From positions 99,448,001 to 99,512,000 of the forward strand of contig NC_043005.1 of assembly GCF_006345805.1 (NCBI RefSeq): a stretch of DNA of 64,000 nt, written 5' to 3'. This DNA comes from Octopus sinensis (taxonomy: Eukaryota). Below the pieces are notes generated by a model. It saw nothing but the letters and a program-made list of their open reading frames with translations, was not told the DNA's origin and did not search any database. The translations under genes and the position numbers were made by a program. This document shows positions 38,196-49,588 of the stretch, piece by piece (the first letter of the stretch is position 1; each line of letters begins with the position of its first letter).

Positions 38196-38390
38196 ATATG
38201 TTTGTGTGTCAGTGTCTGTCCCCCCAAAATTGCTTGACAACCGATGATGGTGTGTTTATGTCCCTGTAACTTAGCGGTTCAGCAAAAGAGACTGATAGAA
38301 TAAGTACTAGGCTTATAAAGAATAAGTCCTGGGGTCGATTTGCTTGACTAAAGGTGGTGCACAAGTAAAATGACTGAAACAAGTAAAAGA
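38010..38390 (+). mobile_element. SINE family A immediately 3' of the 5S pseudogene
   Basis: AGGCACAGGAGTGGCTGTGTGG head about 5 nt after the 5S end. Confidence 0.9.
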
Positions 38391-38631
38391 GTCGCTGTTT
38401 TACCTTTCTTTCACAACAAACATACAGCTTACATCATTACCAATGTTATTTTCTTCTTTGTTCTTCTTTCCCATTCATTTTCCAGGCTGATATCGGTTGG
38501 TATAGTTTTCTTCCATCATTTGCCATCTGATCTGCGAGTTCTGGTGTGGAAATACTTTGCTTCACTGCTTCACCATGTTTTTCTCTCTCACGGGCAATTC
38601 CCACTGGCAATATGTCATACATTTGAGGCAG

Positions 38632-39022
38632 TAAGCTGGCAGAATCATTAACATGCTTGTCAAAATGCTTTGTGGTATTTCGTCTGCCACTACGTTCTGA
38701 GATCACATTCCGCAAAGGTTGACTTTGCCTTTCATCCTTTCGGGGTTGATAAATTAAGTACCAGTTACGCACAGGGGTCGATATAATAGACTTCATCCAT
38801 CTGTCTGTCCTTGTTTGTCTCCTCTGTGTTTAGCCCCTTGTGGGTAGTAAAGAAATAGGTATTTCGTCTGTCTCTACGTTCTGAGTTCAAATGCCGCCAA
38901 GGTCGACTTTGCCTTTCATCCTTTCAGGGTCAATAAATTAAGTATCAGTTGCTTACTGGGGTTGATTTAATCGACTGTACCCTCCCCAAAAATTATGGGC
39001 TTTGTGCTTCGAGTAGAAAAGA
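38632..39022 (+). mobile_element. SINE family B, dimeric
   Basis: Two internal units as in 61900-62298. Confidence 0.85.
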
Positions 39023-39084
39023 ATATTTCATACATTTCACTCAAAATTTACATGTCTAGGCAGCTGCAATTACATCCCTTTCAC

Positions 39085-39421
39085 ACTTTGAGACTTTGGG
39101 TGTTCACACGGGTACTACCCAGTTGCTCTTTCAGCTCACGTATGCTCAATCTTTTATACAAGTTAACCTAACATCCTCCACTTGAAATATGACATGATAC
39201 CTCTTAGTCATGGGAAAAGACAGACTGGCAGAACCTTCTCTTTAATCCTGATTATTAAAGATAATTGGAGGCTGATTGCTATTGTTTAGCCCTAGGCTGG
39301 ATTTTTATCAAGCAGACCATCTACTGTGTCTTTAGGTATGTGTAAGATGATATCATTCAGGTTATACTTGCTTATTCAAAATAGCAGGGTTTGTTCTGAA
39401 ATGTTGCTGCTATTTCTTGCA
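39085..39421. repeat. 337-bp direct repeat, copy 2
   Basis: Matches 35269-35605. Confidence 0.95.
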
Positions 39422-39573
39422 GGTGAAACAACCATTTAAAAGCACCCTTATTGACCCAGTACATTTAAGGCTTTATACTTTACAGATTTATTGTTTAAAG
39501 CTTTAATTTAATCCATAATTTCAGTATGATTTACCATTACAGACAAAAATTTATATTTTGTATGGTATTTTAA

Positions 39574-39791
39574 CCCTTTCGTTACTGTATTTATTTTGAG
39601 ATGCTCTGTTTCTTTCAATAACTTTAAATATAACAAAAAATTTAGTAAAATTACTTGGTTATCATTCAGCTAGTGTTAGGAACATAAATTGTGACTAAGG
39701 TTTGCTGGAAGATTTTAATTCAGAACTTATGTAAACAAGGCATTTGCACTCAGAGCCAGAGCCGGTTTCCGCCGGGTTGGTAACGAAAGGG
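39574..39791. mobile_element. piggyBac-type MITE
   Basis: TTAA-CCCTTTCGTTAC ... GTAACGAAAGGG-TTAA: perfect 12-bp TIR and TTAA TSD. Confidence 0.9.
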
Positions 39792-40044
39792 TTAAGGTGT
39801 CATGTCAACATGGCTATCAATAAAGCTTAAATAGCACACCCAGTCTGCACTGGGTGCATTTTATAATGGCATCAGCACTACTAGGACTGTCTTGTCCCTT
39901 ACAAAACTAAAAAAAACCCTTCCTACTCTATACTGGTCTGTTTTTTGTTTTTTCAAGGAATATTTGACTGAGAGGATGGCTAGAAGAGAGAAGATGAACA
40001 AGAGAGTGAAAAAAGAAAGAGTATGAGCATGGTAGTGCTGGTGG

Positions 40045-40275
40045 AAGCACATGGCTTAGTGGTTAGTGTCAGACTCGTGATCATAAGTTATGGTTTCGAT
40101 TCTTGGATTGGGCGACACATTGTGTTCTTGAGCAAGATACTTCATTCACATTACTCCAGTCCACTCAGCTGGCAAAAATGAGTAATCCTGTGAGGGACTA
40201 GTGTCCCGTCCAGGTACAGAATATATACACCATAAAACCAGGAAACCGGCCCTTGTGAGTCAGTACGACTCAAGT
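40045..40275 (+). mobile_element. SINE family C
   Basis: TGGCTTAGTGG, GTTTCGATTC, TTCTTGAGCAAGATAC. Confidence 0.8.
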
Positions 40276-40654
40276 AGGTAACTTTACCTTTATGGTAGTG
40301 GTGGGGAAAAGAGATAAGAGCGTGAAGAAAGTATGTGAGGTTGTAAGAGAAGAGGAGTGATAGCCGAACACCCTGACCCAACTGCTAACATGCAGGCAGT
40401 TTACTTATAGTATGGCAGTCAGTTCTTTTCTTATAAAACCAAACAAAAATATAGAGTTCCATGATAAAGAATAATTTCTTTCTATTTCTTTTTATAGCAA
40501 AATTACATTTAAGCAGTTAAATATTAAAAACACGAATGTAAAAGAGAAATTTAGCCTGACAGAGAAACATTAGTTAAAAGAAATGGCTTTTCTTATATTT
40601 TCATCCTTCCATCTTAGGTTATTATTATTATTATTATTACTATTACTATTACTA

Positions 40655-40685
<31 letters not shown>

Positions 40686-40981
40686 TGCCATTAGGTACGG
40701 CAAGGTGAAACCACTGTCATTGCATTTGTTGCATTTCTGGTGCCGGTCACTATAAGAAATCTCTTAAAAGGTATATACATAAGATGCTCGCAGTGCGTGT
40801 CAATTGTGAAATCTTACCACCTTTTAGAATTAGAGTGGTTTTGAATAGCTTATAAAGAGAAAAGAACTTTTCAATTATGTTATTTTACTACAGATACACA
40901 CACACCCACACATATACACACACACAATCAGCAATGTACATGTACACATGTTTGTTGTGTGTGTGTGTGTGGTGTGTGTGT

Positions 40982-41024
<43 letters not shown>

Positions 41025-41669
41025 TGTGTGCATGTGTATACACAAGAACACAAATGTGAGCTTATGGAATTTTTCTTTTCCATCCTGTTTTTCTCTTTGC
41101 CATTAAATATTGCATAAAAAAGTTTAGACAAGATGTTTTAGAATATGGCAAGAACAGAAATGGTAACACTTAAACATGTCTACACATAACGATGATGACG
41201 ATGATGATGATATTAAACTGAAAGAATCATAGTCTTAAAAAAAACTTAAAAGTAAATTACAAATGGAAATAAAAATTGTCATGCTGAGCTGTTGACAAAA
41301 TCTTCTTCATGATTAATAATGCTCTACAAATACTCTCCATAGTTTAATATTCCACAAATATACTTGATGATTAATATGCCACAAATATTCTTCATGATGT
41401 AATATTCCGCAACTACAAGATGCTCTGGCATGTAACCACCACTATCTCTAGTTTCTTTTCAACCACTTCCATCTCACCCCATCCCAATAATAATATAGGG
41501 TAGTTATGCATCTCCTCTACTGCAAGACACTTGGGCTTGTTCCTCTGTTATACTTTTTAGCCTCTCAACACCTGGTATAGAACCATCTTCCTGCCTCTTG
41601 ATAACCCTACCCACCATTAGTTGAGGGGAACTTTTCCTTTCCCTTGTGCTTTCTTGAAAGTTAAATTAT

Positions 41670-41860
41670 GACCTCGCGAGTGCTGGTTGCATGAAAAAGC
41701 ATCCAGTGTACACTGTAAGGTGGTTGGCATTAGGAATGGCATCCAGTTGTAGAAAGGATATCAAAACTAATACAGGAGTACAACACAGCGCAGTTGCTTG
41801 CCATCTGATTGATGCCAGTATCGAAAATGGGCATTGAATGACAATAATTATGATGATACT
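41670..41860 (+). mobile_element. RTE LINE 3' end, diverged
   Basis: GTGGTTGGCATTAGGAATGGCATCCAG..ATGATGAT. Confidence 0.7.
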
Positions 41861-41868
41861 TCATCATT

Positions 41869-41974
41869 AACCTTTAGCACACTTTAGGTGCATCATGCCA
41901 TCATATGAGTTTTCTCCCCTGTAATAACAGGGCAGGGGCAACAATCCTAGAGAAAATGCTGTGTGCTAAAGGTT
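41869..41974. mobile_element. Short piggyBac-like MITE
   Basis: AACCTTTAGCACAC / GTGTGCTAAAGGTT TIR; flanks TTAA and TTAT. Confidence 0.7.
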
Positions 41975-42359
41975 ATTACTCCAGAAATCCTTTCCATGCT
42001 TTGATACTCCATAAAACAAGTAAGGCAGAAGTGGAATAAGAGAACAAAACTGAACACTGACTGAGAGACTTAGAATTAAAGCTGTGAGCAAATGGTTGTG
42101 ACTGTGGCTCAGGAATGAATCATAGCAGAAACTATGAAAAAAAGAAACTGCAAAAAACATCAAGTTAATGGCAATACAGAACACAACTGTAAAAGATGTG
42201 AATTTGTAAGGAAATGATCAATATAATTGTAGTTTGCTGCCCAGTTCTAGTGAAAAAGGCATGCATGCATACATACATAGTGACCATCACCAGAAATGGA
42301 ACAAGTGTAATGAAAGTAGTATCATCTTGTCATACCTAATGGCAATCGTAATTATAATG

Positions 42360-42555
42360 GTTTTCAATTTGGGCATAAAGCCAGCAATTTTGAGGGTGAG
42401 TACCACACACCCCAGTACCAAGCAGGTGTTTTATTTTACTGAACCCCGAGGGGTGACAGGCAAAGTCAGTCTTGGTAGGATTTGAACTTTGAATATACAG
42501 AACTGGAAAAAATACTGCAAAGCATTTTTTTCAATGCTCTAACAATTCTGCCAGC
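42360..42555 (-). mobile_element. SINE family B, diverged
   Basis: GGCAAAGTCAG..TTTGAACT..TTCTGCCAGCTC. Confidence 0.7.
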
Positions 42556-42629
42556 TCCAATCACAACAATAACAATAAAAAAAAGAACAACAAACAAACA
42601 AACAAACATGCATACATACATACATAGGA

Positions 42630-42932
42630 GCACTCGTTTGGTTATGACGACGAGGGTCCCAGCTGATACCATCAATGGAACAACGTGCAAGTGACTGAGC
42701 AATCCACAGACACATGTACCCTAACATAGTTCTCAGGGAGATTCAGCATGACACAAAGTGTGACATGGCCGGCTCTTTGAAATACAGGTACTACTAATGT
42801 TTACCAGCTGAGTGGACTGAAGCAACGTGAAATAAAGTGTCTTGCTCAAGGACACAACGCGTCGCCGGGAATTGAACTCACGACCTTACAATCATGAGTC
42901 GAATGCCCTAACCACTAAGCCACGCACCTTCA
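42630..42932 (-). mobile_element. SINE family C variant
   Basis: AAGTGTCTTGCTCAAGGACAC..GAATTGAACTC..CCACTAAGCCA. Confidence 0.85.
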
Positions 42933-43019
42933 CTTACATACATACATACATGTATATATATGTGTGTATAGCTATGGCATATTTGAAGTTTTCAAGCATT
43001 AGAAGCTATATCAACATTG

Positions 43020-43300
43020 GGAAATAACCACAGAAAGGAAATGGTATAAAAACACACACAACCAATGGTTTCTGCGAATGACAAAGTAGCTATACTTGGG
43101 TATATGCCTGTTTACTCAGACAGGCAAATTGTCCAGATATTATTGACAAAGACCACCAGGATAAGAAAAGGCATCTAGTATTCAATACATTTATTCAAAT
43201 GGATGACAACAATATGTCTTTGCAAGAAATTGAGAAACTATCCAAATATAAAGATATGGAACTAGAGTTATCAATAACAATGAGTGCTTTGAGAAAGGTA
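43020..43300 (+). mobile_element. RLE-type (R4/Dong-like) LINE endonuclease remnant
   Basis: Frameshifted KWYK..NDKVAIL..MPVYSDRQI..PDII.KDH..DDNNMSLQEIEKLSKYKDMELE. Confidence 0.8.
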
Positions 43301-43640
43301 AAACAGATGCAGCCAAATATATATATTTATACTGCCAAGACCCAAACACACATACTTGCACACACCCTCACAGACACACACAAACTCTCCTGGGCACTAC
43401 ATACATACATATTACATTGAGTACTTGCAATGCATTACAAAATACAATGCTAGATAACTCAAGAATACAGATCTACCTTCAATTCGCAGTGGAACTCTTC
43501 CAACAATACAACTGCTGAAATATTAATGATATTGGTTTCTTGCATTAGGAAGAGCTCACTAATTTATAGGGGTGGAACATAATTCAATATAGATGTAGTA
43601 TATTACTGGCCCTTTTTCTTTCTATTGATTCATGTTTGAA

Positions 43641-44379
43641 TACCATAAATCCCCGAGTATAGTCTGCCCTTGAGTATAATACGCAGGGGATTTTTAGGGG
43701 GCTGTAACTCTGAAAAACCTAAACCTTGTGTATAATACGCACCGCTTCTCTAACTTGGGTCAAGGAGGTCTATATAATGTCCTTGGTTTGTAAAAATATA
43801 TACGGTAACGTCCTTTATTATTATTGTATATATAACATAATGCAAACATGTAGCTTTTTTGTGCATTTTGTTTGCAGAAAATAAAAAAATAACAGTAATA
43901 ACGTTTAATAAATGTTGCTTACTGCAAGTTATGGATGATTCTTTTAAGACTTCATTGCTTTCAGGCTTAGCTTAACCCTTTAGTGTTCGCATTATTCTAC
44001 CAAAATTAAAGCTTTTTCATCCACATTGTTTTGAACTAATCATGCATTATCTTGTAGCTATGAGATTTTGATGAGGTAGCTGTTAATTTTTAAAACGATA
44101 TTGTAGGGTTAGTGTGAGAGACCAGATCTGGCCAGTTTGAACATAACACAGGCAGAATACTTTTGGCCGGATATGGCTGGTTTAAATGCTAAAGGGTTAA
44201 GGTATTTTTGCGCCTGACATCACAAAATGCGTCTGAAAAAACATTGCCGGACAGCAAATAGACTCGGACATTACTTAGAAAATAATTATCATTTTTAACC
44301 TCGTATATAGTACTCACTAGGGATTTTGACCTTTAAATTTTGGGAAAAAAATGCGGATTATACTCGAGGATTAACAGTA
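43641..44379. mobile_element. pogo/Tigger-like non-autonomous element
   Basis: TACCATAAATCCCCGAGTATAGTCTGC vs reverse complement of right end TACTGTTAATCCTCGAGTATAATCCGC; subterminal GTATAATACGCA repeats. Confidence 0.7.
43976..44196. mobile_element. piggyBac-type MITE nested in the pogo-like element
   Basis: TTAA-CCCTTTAGTGTT ... AATGCTAAAGGG-TTAA. Confidence 0.85.
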
Positions 44380-44999
44380 TTCTATGTAAATTATTAAATT
44401 ATTACAATTAGAACATAAGATCTCATACGTACTTGTATGAGTTTAACAGAAATAAGCCACAAAATACAGGTACATCATTGACTTTCTATTATACAGGTAC
44501 TGCATGCAGTCACCAAGCCAGTAAACTAGTACTCTGGAAAATTGATGACATACCTGTTGTCACAAAGAGCAACAGATAACAAAAATGTAAACAATCTCAG
44601 TTGATTTCAAGAAATATAAATGCTTGCATGAATGTATGTGTGAGAGTAACATGATACAGTGTCACATTTCTGGACCATGGCAATCGTCAAGATGTTTGAT
44701 ATTGCCAACAACCTGGTCCAAGAGATGTTACCAACTATGTCATTTGTATGTAAATGGCCAAATAGTTGGAATCTGTAACATCTGAGAAAGGAATATTCAA
44801 GGTTGACTCTTCTTATATACAATTTTCAACCATTGCCCTAATGTAAAAATTAATGAACTTAAATAATACTGAAGTCTACTATAAACATATAAACATATGC
44901 ACAAGCATTGCATAAAGACATATTCAGATAATCATAGCAAAACATGTATACAAGACATCTGTGTGTGTGTGTGTGTAAAAATATACATACGTACATACA

Positions 45000-45545
45000 T
45001 ATATGGTGGCTGCCCCCTTGTTATCGAGTATGGCCATTGCATGAAGCTTAATCAATGTTGTTATCGTGCAATGCCTGTGCAAGAAGATTTTTTTAAAGTG
45101 AGGAAAGGCTGTGCACTGAGTCAATCCCACTCACTAAGCAACAGCAGCCATAATCCGAAAAGAAGAACAAGTCAACATCATCGGTAACCACTGAGCCGCA
45201 GGTTTTATGTCGGAGTTATCCCAGTTACCTGAGTTACCTTCTCCTAGAAGGATGCTCTAACAAAGGCTAGGAGTCCTTCACTCCCAATGGTTTAACTGCG
45301 CGATTGGGTATTCAGTCCAATTATTTCTATGTCCCCGCGCATGATACATCCTTAAAACATTTATTGGATGGCCGTTGACTCTCAAGAGTTCCTCCGCCCT
45401 TTGACGGGTTTTGTTTTTCATCCTGCAGGGTGTCCAATAAACACCCTCCTCACCAAACAAGCTTGGTGGGAGAGCCAGTTTAGTTGCCGACGACCCGACC
45501 ATGCAACAGGTTGTACTGGGTTACATGTTACCAGTAGCACTCGAA
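45000..45545 (-). mobile_element. GC-richer segment, probable RTE-type 5'UTR
   Basis: Minus strand AGAGCATCCTTCTAGGAGAAGGTAACTC..ATAAAACC resembles RTE 5'UTRs (recognition only). Confidence 0.45.
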
Positions 45546-45829
45546 AGTGACCTGACACACATACACACATGCATGCACGCACGCACACACACACACACAC
45601 ACACATACATTATAACTGAAAGGCTCAGAGTTACTCATTTCTGATCATCAGCTGGTAAGCCGAACTTGAAATAGGCACTGCTTGATATTTTGAAATATGA
45701 AATGAAAGTTTAAAAACATCTTTAGGTTCTTCTGTTTATTTAAAAATCTTTTGGGGTTTGTATCAGAGGTTATAATGCTGCAAAACTGAATAGAAGAGAG
45801 ATGCAAACAGTTAGCTAACAAAGATCATG

Positions 45830-46270
45830 CAACTGTAAAATTCGTGAAAACTGTCCACACATATCAACTGTCAGGCAAAGTCGATACTACACAGTGCCAA
45901 GGTTGAATCAAGCAGTAGTAATGAGCCCAGAACATATACTGGAGTAACAGAACATACATTTGAGAACCATTATTACAAGCACAAACATTCATTTGTCAGA
46001 TAATAGATAACGTGTTATGGCTTTGCCAAAGTTTATATGGTTCTTGCAAGGGACAAGTCCTCATGAATTCAAAATCCCTTGGTCTATTGTAGATAGTGCA
46101 CAATCATACAGGAATGGGAGCTTCAAATCAAAGATGCGGTGTGACCTTTGTTTGGGTGAAAAATTGAGAATTTTGACTCAAGACAGTAATAGTTTGAACA
46201 ATAGAACTGAGTTGTTAATGCATTGTATGTATGCAGATGAGCATCATTTATGCAAATACAAGCTTCCTTC
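45830..46270 (+). mobile_element. PLE GIY-YIG endonuclease remnant
   Basis: SCNCKIRENCP..SAKV..TYTGVTEHTF..YYKHKHSF; LPKFIWFL..WSIV..Y..CDLCLGEKLRI..LNNRTELL.HC. Confidence 0.85.
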
Positions 46271-46384
46271 AATTTCGTTCTGGTTCAGAAAAAAAATTGG
46301 TTTTGACATATTCAGTAAATAGTTTTTATTGATATATGTTTTAATATGTCTGGGTGCATGTCTATGTGAGCATATGCATATATA

Positions 46385-46615
46385 TCATCATCATCATCAT
46401 TTAACGTCCATTTTCCATGTTGGCAAGGGTTGGACGGTTCGACCGTGGTCTGGAAAGCCAGGAGGCTGCACCAGGCTCCAGTCTGATCTGGCAGTGTTTC
46501 TATAGCTGGATGCCCTTCCTAATGCCAACCACTCCATGAGTGTAGTGGGTGCTTTTTACGTGCCAGGTGAGGCTGGCAATGCCCACAATCTGTTGGTGCA
46601 TTTTACATGCCACAT
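46385..46615 (-). mobile_element. RTE LINE 3' end
   Basis: (CAT)nTTAACGTCC..GGATGCCCTTCCTAATGCCAACCAC. Confidence 0.85.
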
Positions 46616-46759
46616 GTGCATATATAATTCTTTATATATGTATACATGTGTGTGCATATGTGTACATGTAAGTGTTTGCATAGGCACATGCAAAATGAAT
46701 ACCCACATACACATCCATAATTATTATAGACATTAATTAAAATTATAACTTAAAAGTAT

Positions 46760-47058
46760 TACAGTTCTATATTTAAGAGATGAGGAATTATGTACATTAT
46801 TTACATTATTTACATTATTTACATTCGACGGATATTTATCCCCATCTTGTTTGTTGTTAACACGACCTTTGGGCTGGTATACCCTCCAACCTTCTTCAGG
46901 TGTCTTGGGGAAATTTCAAACCTGGGTTCTCAATCCAAAGGTATTTTTTGATGTTGTTATTAATATTATTATTATTATTATTCAGGTCACTGCTTGGAAT
47001 CAAACTCAGAATCTTGGGGTTAATAGCCTGCACTCTTAACCACTACGCCATATGCCTG
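46760..47058 (-). mobile_element. tRNA-headed short element carrying a hammerhead ribozyme motif
   Basis: A-box TGGCGTAGTGG, B-box GAGTTTGATTCC, (AAT)n, then GACAC-CTGAAGA-A-GGTTG..CAGCC-CAA-AGGT-C-GTGTT (46859-46904) and a (TGTAAATAA)3 tail. Confidence 0.8.
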
Positions 47059-47654
47059 TTGGCATATGGCATAGTTTTTAAGAGCGCGCAGTGTTTAAGA
47101 GTGGTTAATGTTAAAAGTATTGTTTTGGAACATTGCTTAAACAGCAATGCAATTTCATCACTTCACGTGTATGGAGTTTAGACATTTATAATAATATTAC
47201 CAAGAGAACTAGAAATGGAATCAAATGTGTGAACTTGAAGTGATCATTTTTGCATGTGTTGTGCACAAAGGTTTTTAAATAAAAAACATAAGGACAAGCA
47301 TTTTCTCCAAACTTTCAAATAACATTCAGACAGTGGAGATTGAGAAGAAAGCCAGGCTCAGTTGATGATCGGAGATGAGCAACTCTGAGTGCTGGAAATC
47401 AGAACCTTTCTGTTATAATGTATGAAAGAGTCCTTCATAATGTATTGTCTCCTTCTGTGAATCCACAATGATTTATATGTATATACTTTCCATTGTTACT
47501 CTAAGTTGTAACTTATCTGAAGATTTGTGCACCTAAAGATAAAATTCGAAGTCGTTAGAGACTGACTCAACCAAAATAGAAATTGCAGTTGATATCTCTT
47601 CTATAGTACTGAGTTCTCCTTTTTTTCTGAAAACTCCTATATCTATATATGCGT

Positions 47655-48000
47655 ATATAGGTGCGGCTGTGTGGTAAGTGGCTTGCTTACCAACCACATG
47701 GTTCTGGGTTCAGTCCCACTGCATGGCACCTTGAGAGTGGATTTGGTAAATGGAAATTGAAAGAAGCCCATCGTATATACATATATGTGTATATGCTTAT
47801 GTGTCTGTGTTTTTCCCCCACCATCACTTGACAACCAGTGTTGGTGTGTTTACATCCCTGTAACCTGGCGGTTCAGCAAAAGACACCGATAGAATAAGTA
47901 CTAGGCTTATAAAGAATAAGTCCTGGGGTTGATTTGTTCTACTGAAGCCGGTGCTCCAGCATAGCCGCAGTCAAATGACTGAAACGAATAAGAGAATAAA
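47655..48000 (+). mobile_element. SINE family A
   Basis: Head and tail motifs. Confidence 0.85.
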
Positions 48001-48084
48001 GGAATACATGGAAATATATACAATAAATCTGTTACGTTAACGCAATAACAGAAATACATGCACAACAACAGCAACAGCACAAAT

Positions 48085-48180
48085 ATGATGATGATGATGG
48101 TAGTGGTGGTGGTGATGATGATGATGGTGATGATGATGGTGGTGGTGGTGATGATGATGATGATGATGATGGCAATGATA
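48085..48180. repeat. (GAT)n/(GGT)n trinucleotide repeat
   Basis: Direct inspection. Confidence 0.9.
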
Positions 48181-48574
48181 GTTGTTTCTCATTTAGGCAC
48201 ATGGCTAGAAATTTGGAGATAGGGATATAGTAAATGGTACTTTTATTTCATCAACCTGAAGATGATGAAAGGCAAAGATTTGAACTCAGAACTTGTAGGA
48301 TTCGAACACAAGTCACAATAAATTTTGTTCAGTGTTCTACCACTGCTATGGATGACGATAGCAGCAGTGGCGATACATGTTTGTGTATTTATAGGGAAAA
48401 ATAGGAGAGGGTTTGATTCAACTGACCGCCAGAATATTGCTGGTACTTATTTTATTAATCTCATTACAGGGAAAGTAATATGAAGTTGGAATGTTAAAAA
48501 GTTGGTACAAGGCATTGTATCACATCTACTGTTAATAATACTCCACTTTCATAACAATTAGAACATCAGTTTTG

Positions 48575-48608
<34 letters not shown>

Positions 48609-49588
48609 CAGCGATGATGATGATGTCAATAAAATCTGAATAACAACAATAGATACACATAAAAATCTCGTTTTATGAAAGAATTGTTATGATTTCTCAT
48701 TGTAAGGGCATATAATTGTTGTAGACTATGAAGATAATATTGGTGATATGAAAAAATAAATAGAAACAAAAAAAGTACCCCTAAAAAAATAGAAATGGTA
48801 AAGAAAGACAATGTTTGTGTGTTATATAGCTTTTATTTATGGCTTACCAATAAAAAGTTAATGCATTTGTGGAGTGTTTTAGTGAAATGGCCATTCTCAG
48901 ATAAACAATGGCAGCTAATGTAGTTGAGGCATTATAAGTACATATTGTAGACACATATACATGTGCACTCAACACATACATGTATAGCAATGTCTGTGTA
49001 TATACATGTGTGTAGAAATGTGTAGGAGTATACGCATATTCTTAAATATACAGACACAGCACAAAACATATTAATGTGTGAGCGTGTGTTCCTGCCCATA
49101 TAGTATATTTAAAATATATATGTTTACACCCACACACACACATGTAGTTAAATAGATTGAAAGATAGAGATATACAATTTCAGCTTATGTAGCATTATCA
49201 GTGTATACATATATTTTGATTTATATAAATACACATGTCCATGCATGCACATATATACACATATATAAACTGCATTTATATGATTGTGAGAAGTGTGTAG
49301 ATGTATAAACAAGATAGACAACAACAGAAAAAGAACCCCAAAATCTATATGAGTACATGAATTAGGTATAATAAACATAATAGTTGTAAGTATTTTTACT
49401 TAAATTAATATTAACTAATGTATATATAAGTATTTATTCAAAAGACAGGATGTTACTATCTTAAACAGGATCTGAATATCACATTCTTTAACTAAATATT
49501 GCAATAATTTTTCTCAAACATATTTGTATGTCTGTATACACACATACACACACACACAGACACACACATATATATATACATACATATA

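Noticed and set aside
35269-39421. LTR retrotransposon reading of the 337-bp repeats
   Set aside because: No TSD, PBS, PPT or gag/pol remnants between them
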